Shown piece by piece: positions 7,983 through 17,447 of a DNA stretch of 64,000 bases. The notes below the pieces were generated by a model. The model worked only from the letters and a program-made list of their open reading frames with translations. It ran no database searches and was not told the DNA's origin. Every line of letters starts with the position of its first letter. Within the stretch, counting starts at the first letter, position 1. The DNA lies in assembly GCA_019752555.1 (NCBI GenBank), contig JAIELY010000004.1, positions 21,844 through 85,843 of the forward strand. The letters are read 5' to 3'. Both the position numbers and the translations under genes were made by a program. Source of the stretch: Rhabdochlamydiaceae bacterium. GTDB lineage: Bacteria; Chlamydiota; Chlamydiia; Chlamydiales; Rhabdochlamydiaceae.

Positions 7983-9014
7983 TTAGAAACTGACTTCATA
8001 GTCTTGAATGATCACCTCTGCGATCGTATCAAGAGGGGTATTTTCGATGTTCAGCCAACGAAAAAGAGGTTCTTTGCGAAACCAGGTGAACTGCCGTTTG
8101 GCATAACGGCGAGAGGCTTGTTTGAATTCATGCACAAAGCGCATCCAGGCTTCTTGCGATTGATCGGAACTTAAAAAATCAAGACATTGCCGGTAGCCGA
8201 TCGCTTGGCAAGCGGTTTGGTTGCCCCTCAGCCCTTCTTTTTCAAGCTGACGCACCTCCTCTAAAAAGCCCTTAGCGATCATCTGATCGCAGCGCTCTTC
8301 TATCCGAGGGTACAACACCTCTTTTGGCATGTAAATAAACCAACACCGAAAGTCGTATCGATCGGTATTTTCTGAAGAGGCAATAGGAAGCGATGAGACT
8401 TTTTGCTGTGTTAAAGAGATAATTTCAAGAGCGCGGATAATCTTGTGACGGTCTCTTTGCGTAATGGTCGCAGCATATTCTGGGTCGATATTTTTTAAAC
8501 GATCATAAAGCGGCTCTGCCCCGCGCAGCTCCATTTCGTCTTCCAGCTTTTGCCGAAGCTCTGGAACTGAAGGAGGGCCGCTTGGAGGACCATAGAGAAG
8601 GGAATGAATGTAAAACCCTGTACCGCCGACCACAATCGGAATTTTCCCTTTCGAAAAAATCTCTTCAATGGCCTGCATGGCTTCGGAATAAAATTCGACG
8701 ACATTGAATGACTCATCAAGATCGCGGCTATCGATCAAATGATGGGGAATCTGCCGCCTCTCGTCTAAGGTAACCTTAGCGGTTCCAATATCCATACCTC
8801 GATACACCTGCATTGAATCGGCAGAGATCACCTCTCCACCAATGGCTTGCGCGATGCACAAAGAGAGTTGCGATTTTCCAACGGCTGTTGGTCCGGAAAG
8901 AACAATGATTTTTTTCTTCTTTGAAGCAAGAGGAGCTTTTTCTTTTTCGGGCAAAGGAAATCGCGAAACGATAATGCGCTGGTGCTGATCAAAGATCAAT
9001 TCAGACGATCCCAA
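7983..9014 (-). CDS. miaA: tRNA dimethylallyltransferase
   Basis: P-loop GPTAVGKS, SADSMQVYRGMDIGTAK, and a C-terminal YAKRQFTWF. Confidence 0.93.
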   Translation of the reverse strand: MGSSELIFDQHQRIIVSRFPLPEKEKAPLASKKKKIIVLSGPTAVGKSQLSLCIAQAIGGEVISADSMQVYRGMDIGTAKVTLDERRQIPHHLIDSRDLDESFNVVEFYSEAMQAIEEIFSKGKIPIVVGGTGFYIHSLLYGPPSGPPSVPELRQKLEDEMELRGAEPLYDRLKNIDPEYAATITQRDRHKIIRALEIISLTQQKVSSLPIASSENTDRYDFRCWFIYMPKEVLYPRIEERCDQMIAKGFLEEVRQLEKEGLRGNQTACQAIGYRQCLDFLSSDQSQEAWMRFVHEFKQASRRYAKRQFTWFRKEPLFRWLNIENTPLDTIAEVIIQDYEVSF

Positions 9015-9112
9015 ATTACCCTCATAAGACCCTTAACTTAACATAACTTCAAAAGTTAGAGTCGATATCTACTACGCCCGCTTCAAAGACTAAAGCGAGC
9101 GCAATATTTAAG

Positions 9113-9460
9113 CTACTCTTCAACTTTCAACGCTTCATGTTCATTCGGATAAATTCTCAAAATCCGCTCAAAGCCTGCGATCCTGATAATATCCATCACA
9201 TCGTCGTTGAGATTATAAAATAAAATAAACCCTTGATTCGCCTTCATTTTCTTACTCGCAGAAAGAAAAACGCGCATCCCCGCACTGCTTAAATAGTCAA
9301 CCTTAACAAAGTCGAGAAGAAGTTTTCGATGTCCGGTTTCAAAAAGATGAGATAACTCTCTTTCCAATGTGGCTGATGTCGTTGCATCAATCCTTCCGTC
9401 CAAACGCAAAATGCACTTTCCCCCATCTTCTTCTACAACAATGTCCAATCCAATAGCCAT
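9113..9460 (-). CDS. rsbV: STAS-domain anti-sigma-factor antagonist (RsbV/SpoIIAA-like)
   Basis: 115 aa. LDGRIDATTSATLEREL...LLLDFVKVDYLSSAGMRVFL carries the conserved phosphorylatable Ser in the DYLSSAG context. Confidence 0.8.
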   Translation of the reverse strand: MAIGLDIVVEEDGGKCILRLDGRIDATTSATLERELSHLFETGHRKLLLDFVKVDYLSSAGMRVFLSASKKMKANQGFILFYNLNDDVMDIIRIAGFERILRIYPNEHEALKVEE

Positions 9461-9533
9461 ATTCCCTCCAGAGCCTTATGAGAGAATCCTAGCAAATGAC
9501 TAATATTGCAAAAACAAAAATCTAAAAAATTGT

Positions 9534-9764
9534 TTAATGCACCAACTCAAGACGGACACGGCGACCAAAACGAGCTCCTACAGTCATCGCAATCGTACGC
9601 AAAGACTTAATTGTTCTGCCTTGCCGTCCCACAACTTTAGAAACATCTTCGGACGACACTCGGATTTCAACAATGGTTCCTTGCTGCCCATCGATGACTT
9701 GAACATCAACAGATTCAGGTTGGTCAACTAAGTTCTTAATCAAATAAGCGATAAAATCTTTCAT
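9534..9764 (-). CDS. KH-domain RNA-binding protein (YlqC/UPF0109 family)
   Basis: VVGRQGRTIKSLRTI matches the GxxG KH motif, and MKDFIAYLIKNLVDQPESV is a typical family N-terminus. I chose the ATG at 9764. The ORF track extends to 9830, which would add 22 unlikely residues. Confidence 0.8.
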   Translation of the reverse strand: MKDFIAYLIKNLVDQPESVDVQVIDGQQGTIVEIRVSSEDVSKVVGRQGRTIKSLRTIAMTVGARFGRRVRLELVH

Positions 9765-9851
9765 AGGTGATAAACTTGGGTTGCAAAAAGTTTTTTTAAT
9801 TCCACGCAAGAGTATAGCTTTGATCCGCATTTGAGTCCATAGTAGACCTAT

Positions 9852-12125
9852 TTACATTGCTGCTCGATTAGGAACGAGATCCACTTCCCACTGTTGATGG
9901 TTTACCCAAGCCTCTTCATCCATCGGCTGCAAATTAGTCTTATCTTCATAAATGGAACCAAATCCGACCTGCTCTGTACGCGGATTGAAATAGGCACAAA
10001 AGTAAATATTCTCTGTCCCTTGATTCCAATTTGTAAATGCAAAGCGGATTGCAGACTGCTCGAGAACAGCTCTATCATTGGACGGCAAATGTTGAATCAA
10101 CAATCCATCGATCATCAAACCTACTTGCGCAGCTTGCTGTTGATCTGAATTCAATAGACGATTGAGCCCGGTTACCAGTTGGCTTGCATAATCTTTAACT
10201 GTCAGTTTACTTTGATTTAATTTGTTGATCAGCTTCTGAAAACCGTTCATATCCGGAAAAACATGAGAAAGCATTTGAGAGAGATCCAATGCAATGGCTT
10301 TTTCTGTTGAAGAGCTGATCCATTTTCTAGCCACCTGCATTCCTGGAACAATAAGGATATTCTGCAGCCATTGTGCTGCGGGCATCCCCTTTTTAAGAAA
10401 CACCGCAATATCCGGATTTGTTGGCGTAAAATTAAAAGCATGCTGGGGACTTGCCATGGAAATCAATTCCATCGGAACGATTTTTGCTAAATTTAAGCAC
10501 CAGGTGATCAAATCTTTAGCATTATTAGGAGTGTATGTCTCAATAGGATTATCATTTCCAGGACCTGATTCGACATTATCTAATTCAAAAGGGTCATCCC
10601 CACTACATGTTTGCATCGGGGTGCTAGAGAGGGCAAGATAATTTTGAATCGGATTCGGTTCTTTTTGGTTTTGTGGGTCATAGGCCCAAAAGGCTTGTAT
10701 CAAAAAGTCATCCGTATTGACATAATGGGTCAATGCCCCTGTAATTGTCTCGACGTTGGGCAACTGGGCCATTTGATTTTCTACAGAAGAAATGGCATTG
10801 AGGACAAGATTTTTAAAATCCTGAGGGGTTGCAATTCTTATCCCCAGCTGATCTGGGGCCTGTGCAATTTTCTGATATAATTGAAATCCCCCGCTTGACG
10901 AGCTGCCATCTGCGGAAATCTGGGGCAAGGGAATATTTAATTGGTAAAACAATCGAAAACTCCCATTGAAAGCTTGGGAAAAAGCACTTTTGCAGGCAGC
11001 TGCCTGTGGGAGATTCTGGACGCTCTTCCAAACAGGCTCTAGAGCGTATGCGACACAAGAATTAATATCACTGCGCACGGAATCATTGGATCGATCTTCT
11101 GCCATCGCGGCAAAAGCGGATTCAACTCCACGCAACACAGGCTGGTTCGTCAAACTGCTAAATGCATATTCTCCAAGGGAAATGAGCCCATCGACGGGAA
11201 GAGAGGGATTGACTCTTGCGAGCACTTGAGCCATAGCTGCAATCACTTGAGTAGGCGTCACCTGAATCTCACTTCCTTTGATCCCTTGCGAGAGCTCTTT
11301 TAACACATCTTGCATCAAGGTCGTATTGGCATTTCCGCCCATAAGAGTGCGCGCTGCAGCAAAGCCTGGGGCATCAAAAAGCATATGCGTTGTGCGCGCA
11401 ATGGCGCCTGTCAGCTTCAATGTAAAGGGTTGATTGAGATCCTCATCGGCTAAAATGGGAAGGAAAAAGAAGTAATCGAGCTTGCCATCGACTGTGCGAT
11501 TGAGGTATCCATTCATGATGATCGATCGATAATCTTCTGCTGCGTGATGAAAAAACTCCTGATGATCGCGGATGACATCATTAACGGCAAAGCAGTCTCC
11601 GACAGGTCCTTGGTTATAAGGAGCTAGCATTGCTGCAAGAACTGCAATTTTAGCGTGGCGGTCTGTAAGCTTCATTTGAGTATCCATGCTAAATAAGGCG
11701 CGCAGCGCTAACGCTCCTGTACTATGAAGTTTAGCGGGAAGTCTTACTCCGGAAAAAAAAGGCTGCCAGGTGGCATCGAGCTGATCGATCACTTTTCCCA
11801 TATTCACCTCCCATTCTCTGGGATTTGGGGGAATGAAAGCGGCTTTGACAGGAGCGCACATAGAGAGATTTAAAGCTCCATTGGATCCGATGAGGAGCTC
11901 TGCTGCAAGCAGCGCCTTACGCATTGCAATTGCAAGATCTGTATTTTGCACATTCGTGCTTGTTTGAAGAGCTGCATAAGTGTTTAACTGGCTCATCGCT
12001 TGCGTAATGAGACTTTGCTGCCCAGAATCTTGGACACGCGGTGCTGCCCTCAGCGTTGAGGGAGCTTGGCTAGCTACTGTCATTGCTAGAAGAATGACGA
12101 TCTTGAAAAAGGATGATGTGCGCAT
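9852..12125 (-). CDS. Secreted 757-aa protein of unknown function with a clan-CA-like Q-x5-C (QGPVGDC) motif
   Basis: Signal-peptide-like N-terminus MRTSSFFKIVILLAMTVASQAPSTLRA. SD GGAGG lies upstream of the ATG. Motif YNQGPVGDCFAV is at codons 172-178 (nt 11592-11612). I recognise no other family. Confidence 0.7.
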   Translation of the reverse strand: MRTSSFFKIVILLAMTVASQAPSTLRAAPRVQDSGQQSLITQAMSQLNTYAALQTSTNVQNTDLAIAMRKALLAAELLIGSNGALNLSMCAPVKAAFIPPNPREWEVNMGKVIDQLDATWQPFFSGVRLPAKLHSTGALALRALFSMDTQMKLTDRHAKIAVLAAMLAPYNQGPVGDCFAVNDVIRDHQEFFHHAAEDYRSIIMNGYLNRTVDGKLDYFFFLPILADEDLNQPFTLKLTGAIARTTHMLFDAPGFAAARTLMGGNANTTLMQDVLKELSQGIKGSEIQVTPTQVIAAMAQVLARVNPSLPVDGLISLGEYAFSSLTNQPVLRGVESAFAAMAEDRSNDSVRSDINSCVAYALEPVWKSVQNLPQAAACKSAFSQAFNGSFRLFYQLNIPLPQISADGSSSSGGFQLYQKIAQAPDQLGIRIATPQDFKNLVLNAISSVENQMAQLPNVETITGALTHYVNTDDFLIQAFWAYDPQNQKEPNPIQNYLALSSTPMQTCSGDDPFELDNVESGPGNDNPIETYTPNNAKDLITWCLNLAKIVPMELISMASPQHAFNFTPTNPDIAVFLKKGMPAAQWLQNILIVPGMQVARKWISSSTEKAIALDLSQMLSHVFPDMNGFQKLINKLNQSKLTVKDYASQLVTGLNRLLNSDQQQAAQVGLMIDGLLIQHLPSNDRAVLEQSAIRFAFTNWNQGTENIYFCAYFNPRTEQVGFGSIYEDKTNLQPMDEEAWVNHQQWEVDLVPNRAAM

Positions 12126-12225
12126 TTTTTAGAGTCCTCCAGGGATAATGCTGTCTGAAGACATAAGAAATTATGAACAATGCATATAAAAAAAACCAGA
12201 ACAGAAACTTTTTCTTGAAATATAC

Positions 12226-13152
12226 TTAGAGCGCCTCTTGCGCTTCATCAATGAAGGCGAGGTTTTGGATGCGAAAATCGAGGATTTTTTCCTTAGCGCG
12301 AACGATTGCTTGGCCAGGCGACAAATTGCGGATCGACTTTCGTTCTTGCTCGAGGAGCTTGGGTCTTAATGTAAGGTAATTTCCTAGATCCTGAGCATAG
12401 TTTTGTGTGGAAAGACGTAGAATTTTCGGGAAAAAGAATTCGATTTGCTTTTCGAGAATTTTGTCCTCGACGATCACAACAATCTCTCTACTGCCATAAC
12501 TTTCTGCAAAAGCCTGAGAGACATCGATCCTCTTTACTTGAAAAAGCTCCTGGATTTTAAGATCGGATAAGAGAGAGAGAAGATGAAGAGCTAATACGGC
12601 ATACTTGCCTGAAATGGGGGCGCCCCATTTAGCGACAGGACGGTCCGGATCCTCTGAGGCGATTCCAAATGGCCCCATCCCAAAATAGAGTTCTGGTAAG
12701 TTTTTAGGAGTAAAAAAAGGGCGGAAGGGAAAGGGATGCCCCTCTTTGTCGATTGCTACATTTTCGTAATCATAAAGCCAAGCGACAGGCTGTCGAACGG
12801 TGTAGTCGACATAAAGGGTTCCTGGCTGAATCATTTTAAGCTGCACCTGTTCAATCAAAGGAGAGGCGCGCAGCTTCTGTTCTGCAGCTCTAAGATCATA
12901 TGTTAACGAAGATGCTGGCGCATCGGATGAGAGGCCTAGGAGCTCAGCTAAATATTCTGTTTTTAAGGCTTGTTTTTGCGGCCCTGTTTGGACAAGGGTT
13001 CTAAGCTTATACTGTGGATCGTTTGCTTGTTTATAGACATGAGCAAAATAGGCTCTAAAGCCAAGATGTCCGCACACTGAGGTCACTAAACTCGAGCCCA
13101 CAATCCAAGCAAGCGCGTGGGTAAGAGCTAAGCGCGGTAAAGGTCGCTTCAT
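12226..13152 (-). CDS. ftsQ: FtsQ-like cell-division protein (one TM helix plus a POTRA-like domain)
   Basis: From the ATG at 13152: MKRPLPRLALTHALAWIVGSSLV (TM), then LRTLVQTGPQKQALKTEYLAELLGL...LIEQVQLKMIQPGTLYVDYTVRQPVAWL (POTRA-like). The ATG overlaps the murC stop as ATGA (13149-13152). It is the last gene of the dcw cluster. Confidence 0.7.
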   Translation of the reverse strand: MKRPLPRLALTHALAWIVGSSLVTSVCGHLGFRAYFAHVYKQANDPQYKLRTLVQTGPQKQALKTEYLAELLGLSSDAPASSLTYDLRAAEQKLRASPLIEQVQLKMIQPGTLYVDYTVRQPVAWLYDYENVAIDKEGHPFPFRPFFTPKNLPELYFGMGPFGIASEDPDRPVAKWGAPISGKYAVLALHLLSLLSDLKIQELFQVKRIDVSQAFAESYGSREIVVIVEDKILEKQIEFFFPKILRLSTQNYAQDLGNYLTLRPKLLEQERKSIRNLSPGQAIVRAKEKILDFRIQNLAFIDEAQEAL

Positions 13153-14525
13153 CGTAATTTTTCCAACAGTTCTGTCCCCAGCTTCGTAATGTCCCCCGCG
13201 CCCATTGTAACTACAACATCCTGCGGCTGCAGCAGCGGAATGAGGTTCTCTGCAAGGGCCTTTCTTGGAAGATAGCATAAATGAACAGAGGAGCTATCGC
13301 CAATTTTTGCAATCAATGCCTCTGTAGTAACCCCTGCAATAGGCTCTTCTCCAGCTGCAAAAATATCTGTGACAATAAGCAAGTTTGAAGGTTCAAACGC
13401 AGGGCCGAATTCCGCAAAACAATCGTGGGTGCGCGTATAGCGATGGGGTTGGAAAACAACAACGAGGCGTCGATGAGAAATCGCGTATTTGACAGCATGA
13501 AGCGTTGCAAAAATCTCTGCTGGGTGATGCGCATAATCATCGTAGATTGCAATCTCGCGCGCTTCCCCTTTTTTCTCCATCCTACGGTTTACCCCCTGAA
13601 AAGATGCTAATGCAGAGCGGAGCTTGTCTTCTGACACATTTAATAACATTCCCAAGCCAAAAACAGCAGCTGCGTTAAGAACGTTATGTCCTCCTATCAG
13701 AGACACCTCGATGCCAGGGTATTCTTTTCCTTTAAAGGTGAGATCAAAAACATTTTTCCAGCCTATCTGCTGATAGTTTGCTACGCAAATGTCATTATCT
13801 TCTTCAAACCCATAACTTACCCCTTTTAAATTCAAAGAACGTAATTTTTCATCGTCACCACACCAGATCAAATGCTCATTGGAGGTGACTCTATTTGCAA
13901 AATGATGATATCCCTCAATGAGAGCTTCTTCCGTTTTCCAGTAGTCGAGATGATCATTATCGATATTTGTGATGATCGCTCCAAAGGGGCGGTACTTGAG
14001 AAATGATCCATCGCTTTCATCTGCCTCTGCGACAAAATAGGGGCCTTTCCCATTGCCTCCATTAGCACCTAAGCTGCGCACAATTCCACCGATTGCAAAG
14101 GAGGGATTTAAATTGGATTGAGATAATACGTGAGCTAACAATGAGGATGTGGTTGTTTTCCCATGGGTTCCTGTCACCAGCAAAGGAGCATACCCTTCCA
14201 TTAAATCAAAGAGCAGATCAGAGCGATGGATCAAATCCCATCCATTTTCTTTGGCGATTTTTATTTCAGGGTTTTGATCGTTTACTGCTGTGCTATAAAC
14301 AACAATGGGAGAATCATTAACAGCATTCTCCGAGTGACCAAATGAGATGATAGCACCTTCTGCTTTCAATTGATCCGTAACATAAGAGGGGGCCAAATCG
14401 CTTCCACTCACGATTTTGCCCCGTTGAAGTAAAATGCGCGCAAGTGCGCTCATTCCAATCCCGCCAATACCTATAAAGTGATATTTTTTTACAGGTTCTG
14501 CAGAGTGCGACAAATCAGATGACAT
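13149..14525 (-). CDS. murC: UDP-N-acetylmuramate--L-alanine ligase, stand-alone with no Ddl fusion
   Basis: 458 aa with HFIGIGGIGMSALA, VTGTHGKTTTSS (Mur ligase P-loop) and DDYAHHPAEI. Confidence 0.95.
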   Translation of the reverse strand: MSSDLSHSAEPVKKYHFIGIGGIGMSALARILLQRGKIVSGSDLAPSYVTDQLKAEGAIISFGHSENAVNDSPIVVYSTAVNDQNPEIKIAKENGWDLIHRSDLLFDLMEGYAPLLVTGTHGKTTTSSLLAHVLSQSNLNPSFAIGGIVRSLGANGGNGKGPYFVAEADESDGSFLKYRPFGAIITNIDNDHLDYWKTEEALIEGYHHFANRVTSNEHLIWCGDDEKLRSLNLKGVSYGFEEDNDICVANYQQIGWKNVFDLTFKGKEYPGIEVSLIGGHNVLNAAAVFGLGMLLNVSEDKLRSALASFQGVNRRMEKKGEAREIAIYDDYAHHPAEIFATLHAVKYAISHRRLVVVFQPHRYTRTHDCFAEFGPAFEPSNLLIVTDIFAAGEEPIAGVTTEALIAKIGDSSSVHLCYLPRKALAENLIPLLQPQDVVVTMGAGDITKLGTELLEKLR

Positions 14526-15586
14526 AATAGGTCCTTATGTTGACGAGACTGGTATTGGGACAATGCAATTTTCATTTCTCTGCATTTATAACCGATAAGC
14601 TCTTTTAATGCTGCGCTCAAGACATCAGGTGTCAACAGGCTTTCTGGAACATAGATCGCTCCTTTGACCTCATCTGTTAAAAACATTGCATTTTTAGTTT
14701 GATGATCCTCTGCTGCATGCGGATAAGGGACTAAAATCGATGGAACCGCAAAGGCGATTAATTCTGAAACAGTAGCCGCCCCAGCACGGGCAACGGCAAT
14801 CGATGCGACTTTGTAAGCAAGCTCCATCCTCGGCTCAAAATCTTTGACGCAGGAGAGGATCTTGTTTTCCTCATAAAAGGAACGCGCCTTTTCTGCGGCT
14901 TCTAAATTGCCTGCAAAATGGATCACTTGGAAAGCCACTTTTTCTTGAGCGCACTGATAAGCTGCCTGAACAAAGCACTCGTTAAGAAAACAAGCGCCTT
15001 GAGAGCCTCCAAAAACGACAATCGTCAATAGATCCTCTTTGAGGCCAAAGTAAGAAAGTGCCTCGCTTCGAGAGCACTGCAGACTCGCACAGCCCACTGG
15101 CATTTGAACAGGAACGACATTTCCACGGAGCATTTTTGATGCGGCTGGGAATGAAATGGCTGTAGCAAGAGCCTTTTTTGAAAACAAGCGGTTTACTTTT
15201 CCCGGAAAAGCATTGGATTCGAAAAGGACATAGGGCACTTTTTTTAAATAAGCAGCGCACAAAACAGAAAAAGAATGAAAGCTTCCAAAGCCCACAACAA
15301 GATCAGGCGCTTCTTGCGTGAGCAAGATCCAGCCTTGACGCACTCCCTTGACTAAAGTGATGAGCGCTTGAAAAACAGCTTTAAGATTACGCCGAAAAAC
15401 AGTTGCGCTTTGCACGTCGCAAAAGCGGTATTTCCCTTTTGAAAAATAACGGTTCGTACTTAAATTGGCTCCTGCAAAAAGAACCTCGCATGAAGATTGC
15501 TTTAAATCGTCAGCTAACGCCTGTGCGGGAAATAAGTGCCCTCCCGTACCGCCAGCTGCAATGATGACTTTCTTTTGTCGATTCAT
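14489..15586 (-). CDS. murG: UDP-GlcNAc:lipid I N-acetylglucosaminyltransferase
   Basis: MNRQKKVIIAAGGTGGHLFPA (G-loop) and a C-terminal RAGAATVSELIAFAVPSILVPYP. The chosen ATG at 15586 overlaps the ftsW stop as ATGA (15583-15586). The ORF track extends to 15643. Confidence 0.93.
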   Translation of the reverse strand: MNRQKKVIIAAGGTGGHLFPAQALADDLKQSSCEVLFAGANLSTNRYFSKGKYRFCDVQSATVFRRNLKAVFQALITLVKGVRQGWILLTQEAPDLVVGFGSFHSFSVLCAAYLKKVPYVLFESNAFPGKVNRLFSKKALATAISFPAASKMLRGNVVPVQMPVGCASLQCSRSEALSYFGLKEDLLTIVVFGGSQGACFLNECFVQAAYQCAQEKVAFQVIHFAGNLEAAEKARSFYEENKILSCVKDFEPRMELAYKVASIAVARAGAATVSELIAFAVPSILVPYPHAAEDHQTKNAMFLTDEVKGAIYVPESLLTPDVLSAALKELIGYKCREMKIALSQYQSRQHKDLLCHLICRTLQNL

Positions 15587-16692
15587 CCTTTTCTCCAAAT
15601 CGATTTTCGCGCAGCAAGGGTTCCAATATTCAAAATCACGCAAAGAGCTAGCATATTGGCAAGCAAGGAAGAGCCCCCTTGGCTAAAAAAGGGCAGGTTA
15701 GTCCCCTTGCTCGGCAGGAGCCCTGAGACAACACCTAAATTTAAAAAGGCTTGAAAACAGATGAGAAAAGTAAAGATTGCGGCGATATAAAATCCTTGCA
15801 GCGTCATCGCTCCATTTGCAATCCGAAAACCGCAAAATCCGATGAACATGTAGAGAAAGATGAGCAAAGCAATCCCTGCAAAACCAAATTCTTCGGCATA
15901 GATCGCAGCGATATAATCGCTGCGCGCTTCTGGCAGGTACTCGAGCTTCTGCAAACTCTCTCCGAGCCCTTTTCCAAACAGCTGCCCGGAACCTGCAGCA
16001 ATTTTAGCTTGATAGGGTTGATGCCCTTTGCCTTTTAAATCATATTCGGGATGTAAATAGATTTGAATACGATCAGAAACATGAGCCATTTGAGAGGCCA
16101 CTACAGCCCCCGATACGCAAAGAATCAAAAGCGGAAGAGCCCAATAAATCCATTTGAGACGCGTCATTACAAATGTGACCACCAAAGAGACCAAAATAAT
16201 GGCGACGCTTCCATTATCCGGTTCAATTAAAATCAACGCAGTAGGAACCGCAATCTTAGCAAGCAATTTCAAAAATGTCTTTAAAACAAGAGGTTTAGCA
16301 AGAGAACTTGTCGCATGAATGTAATACAAAGGGATCAGATACTTCACAAACTCAGAGGGCTGAAAAGAATTTCCAAAGACGTTGATCCACCGATAAGCTC
16401 CGTTGATCTGCTGGCCGACCCCGGGAACAAATACTAGAACTAGAAGAATGGTCGCAGCAATGAGAAGAGGACCGCTGAGCTTAATGAGATTTTGATAGCC
16501 CAAAAACCACACGCCGAGCGCACCCAATCCACCGACTAGCGCATATAAAAGCTGTTTAATCAGCGCATGGTGGGTGCTTCGATCTAAAAATCTGTCTAAC
16601 ACTTCCGCAGACGTCGTATTAAAAATCATTACCAAGCCCATGGCAAAGATCCAGACAACAGAAAGAAGAAGCAATGTGCACATCCGATTCAC
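15583..16692 (-). CDS. ftsW: SEDS-family lipid II flippase/peptidoglycan polymerase, FtsW by position
   Basis: 369 aa and polytopic, with QPSEFVK, PDNGSVAI, LPEARSDYIAAIYAEEFGF and LPSKGTNLPFFSQGGSS, all typical FtsW/RodA motifs. It lies between the murD-side and murG genes. Confidence 0.9.
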   Translation of the reverse strand: MNRMCTLLLLSVVWIFAMGLVMIFNTTSAEVLDRFLDRSTHHALIKQLLYALVGGLGALGVWFLGYQNLIKLSGPLLIAATILLVLVFVPGVGQQINGAYRWINVFGNSFQPSEFVKYLIPLYYIHATSSLAKPLVLKTFLKLLAKIAVPTALILIEPDNGSVAIILVSLVVTFVMTRLKWIYWALPLLILCVSGAVVASQMAHVSDRIQIYLHPEYDLKGKGHQPYQAKIAAGSGQLFGKGLGESLQKLEYLPEARSDYIAAIYAEEFGFAGIALLIFLYMFIGFCGFRIANGAMTLQGFYIAAIFTFLICFQAFLNLGVVSGLLPSKGTNLPFFSQGGSSLLANMLALCVILNIGTLAARKSIWRKG

Positions 16693-16710
16693 TAGATAAA
16701 CCTACTGCAA

Positions 16711-17445
16711 TTAGCGGATTCTAAGTTGGTCTCCCGGCTTTAAACGACGCGCTTTCTCCTCATTGAGGTCATTCAATTTTAATAGCTCGTCCACTTTTAA
16801 ATGGTTTTTTACGGCAATCGTCCAGGGATTATCTCCATTTTTAACAATGTAATACTTAGGAGCTTCATCTTTCTGAGCAGTTATTTGTAAAGCGGGCGCC
16901 TCTTTTGCTGTAGATGGCGAGGCAGCGGGAATTTTGAGCAGCTGACCGATGCGCAAGTTTGTTGTGCTCAGCTGATTGAGGGTCATGATTTGCTCGACAG
17001 AGCAGTGATAATTGCGTGCAATTTTCTCTAACATATCCCCTTTTTTCACTCGATATTCCTTAACATCGCTCAAAGCCTTTTCGACAGCAATCGGAGCTCT
17101 AGGCACAACAGCCACGGGTTTTTCTTCAGCCACGGCTACGAGCTTAAATTCTTCTACAAACGGTTGAACAACAGCTGGCTCTACTTGAGGAGAGGTCGCT
17201 ATAATAGGTTCTGCTTTAGCAACAGGGGCATTCGCATACTGATTCAACGCCTGATCCACCTCATCTCCAATCGTGTTAAGACTTTTGGGTTTAGCAGGAG
17301 CTGCTGCCGCTTGCGTTTGCACAACCTTGGGCACAGCGACAAATTCCTCTTGTACAGAACTCGATTTCAAAGCGCTTGCAAATAAAATAATTAAAAGTCC
17401 TGCGTTAATTAATACTGCAACAATAATCGTATCTCTTCGGCTCAT
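16711..17445 (-). CDS. Membrane-anchored protein with two LysM domains, in the NlpD position of the dcw cluster. No M23/LytM motif is seen.
   Basis: N-terminal TM IIVAVLINAGLLIILFA and an Ala/Pro/Val-rich linker. LysM1 is YRVKKGDMLEKIARNYHCSVEQIMTLNQL...GQLLKIP. LysM2 is YIVKNGDNPWTIAVKNHLKVDELLKLNDL...GDQLRI. Confidence 0.8.
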   Translation of the reverse strand: MSRRDTIIVAVLINAGLLIILFASALKSSSVQEEFVAVPKVVQTQAAAAPAKPKSLNTIGDEVDQALNQYANAPVAKAEPIIATSPQVEPAVVQPFVEEFKLVAVAEEKPVAVVPRAPIAVEKALSDVKEYRVKKGDMLEKIARNYHCSVEQIMTLNQLSTTNLRIGQLLKIPAASPSTAKEAPALQITAQKDEAPKYYIVKNGDNPWTIAVKNHLKVDELLKLNDLNEEKARRLKPGDQLRIR

Positions 17446-17447
17446 AA

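Noticed and set aside
9852-12125. True calpain homology of the 757-aa secreted protein
   Set aside because: Only the Q-x5-C segment resembles calpain or papain. The Cys-to-His and His-to-Asn distances for the most calpain-like motifs (QHAF, NW) do not fit the calpain core. I therefore report it only as a speculative clan-CA-like motif.
13153-13278. 42-codon N-terminal extension of the ftsQ-like ORF (MLSSKKGPCREPHSAAAAAGCC...)
   Set aside because: It overlaps the murC 3' end in another frame. The ATG at 13152 forms an ATGA overlap with the murC stop and starts with a typical basic-then-TM N-terminus.
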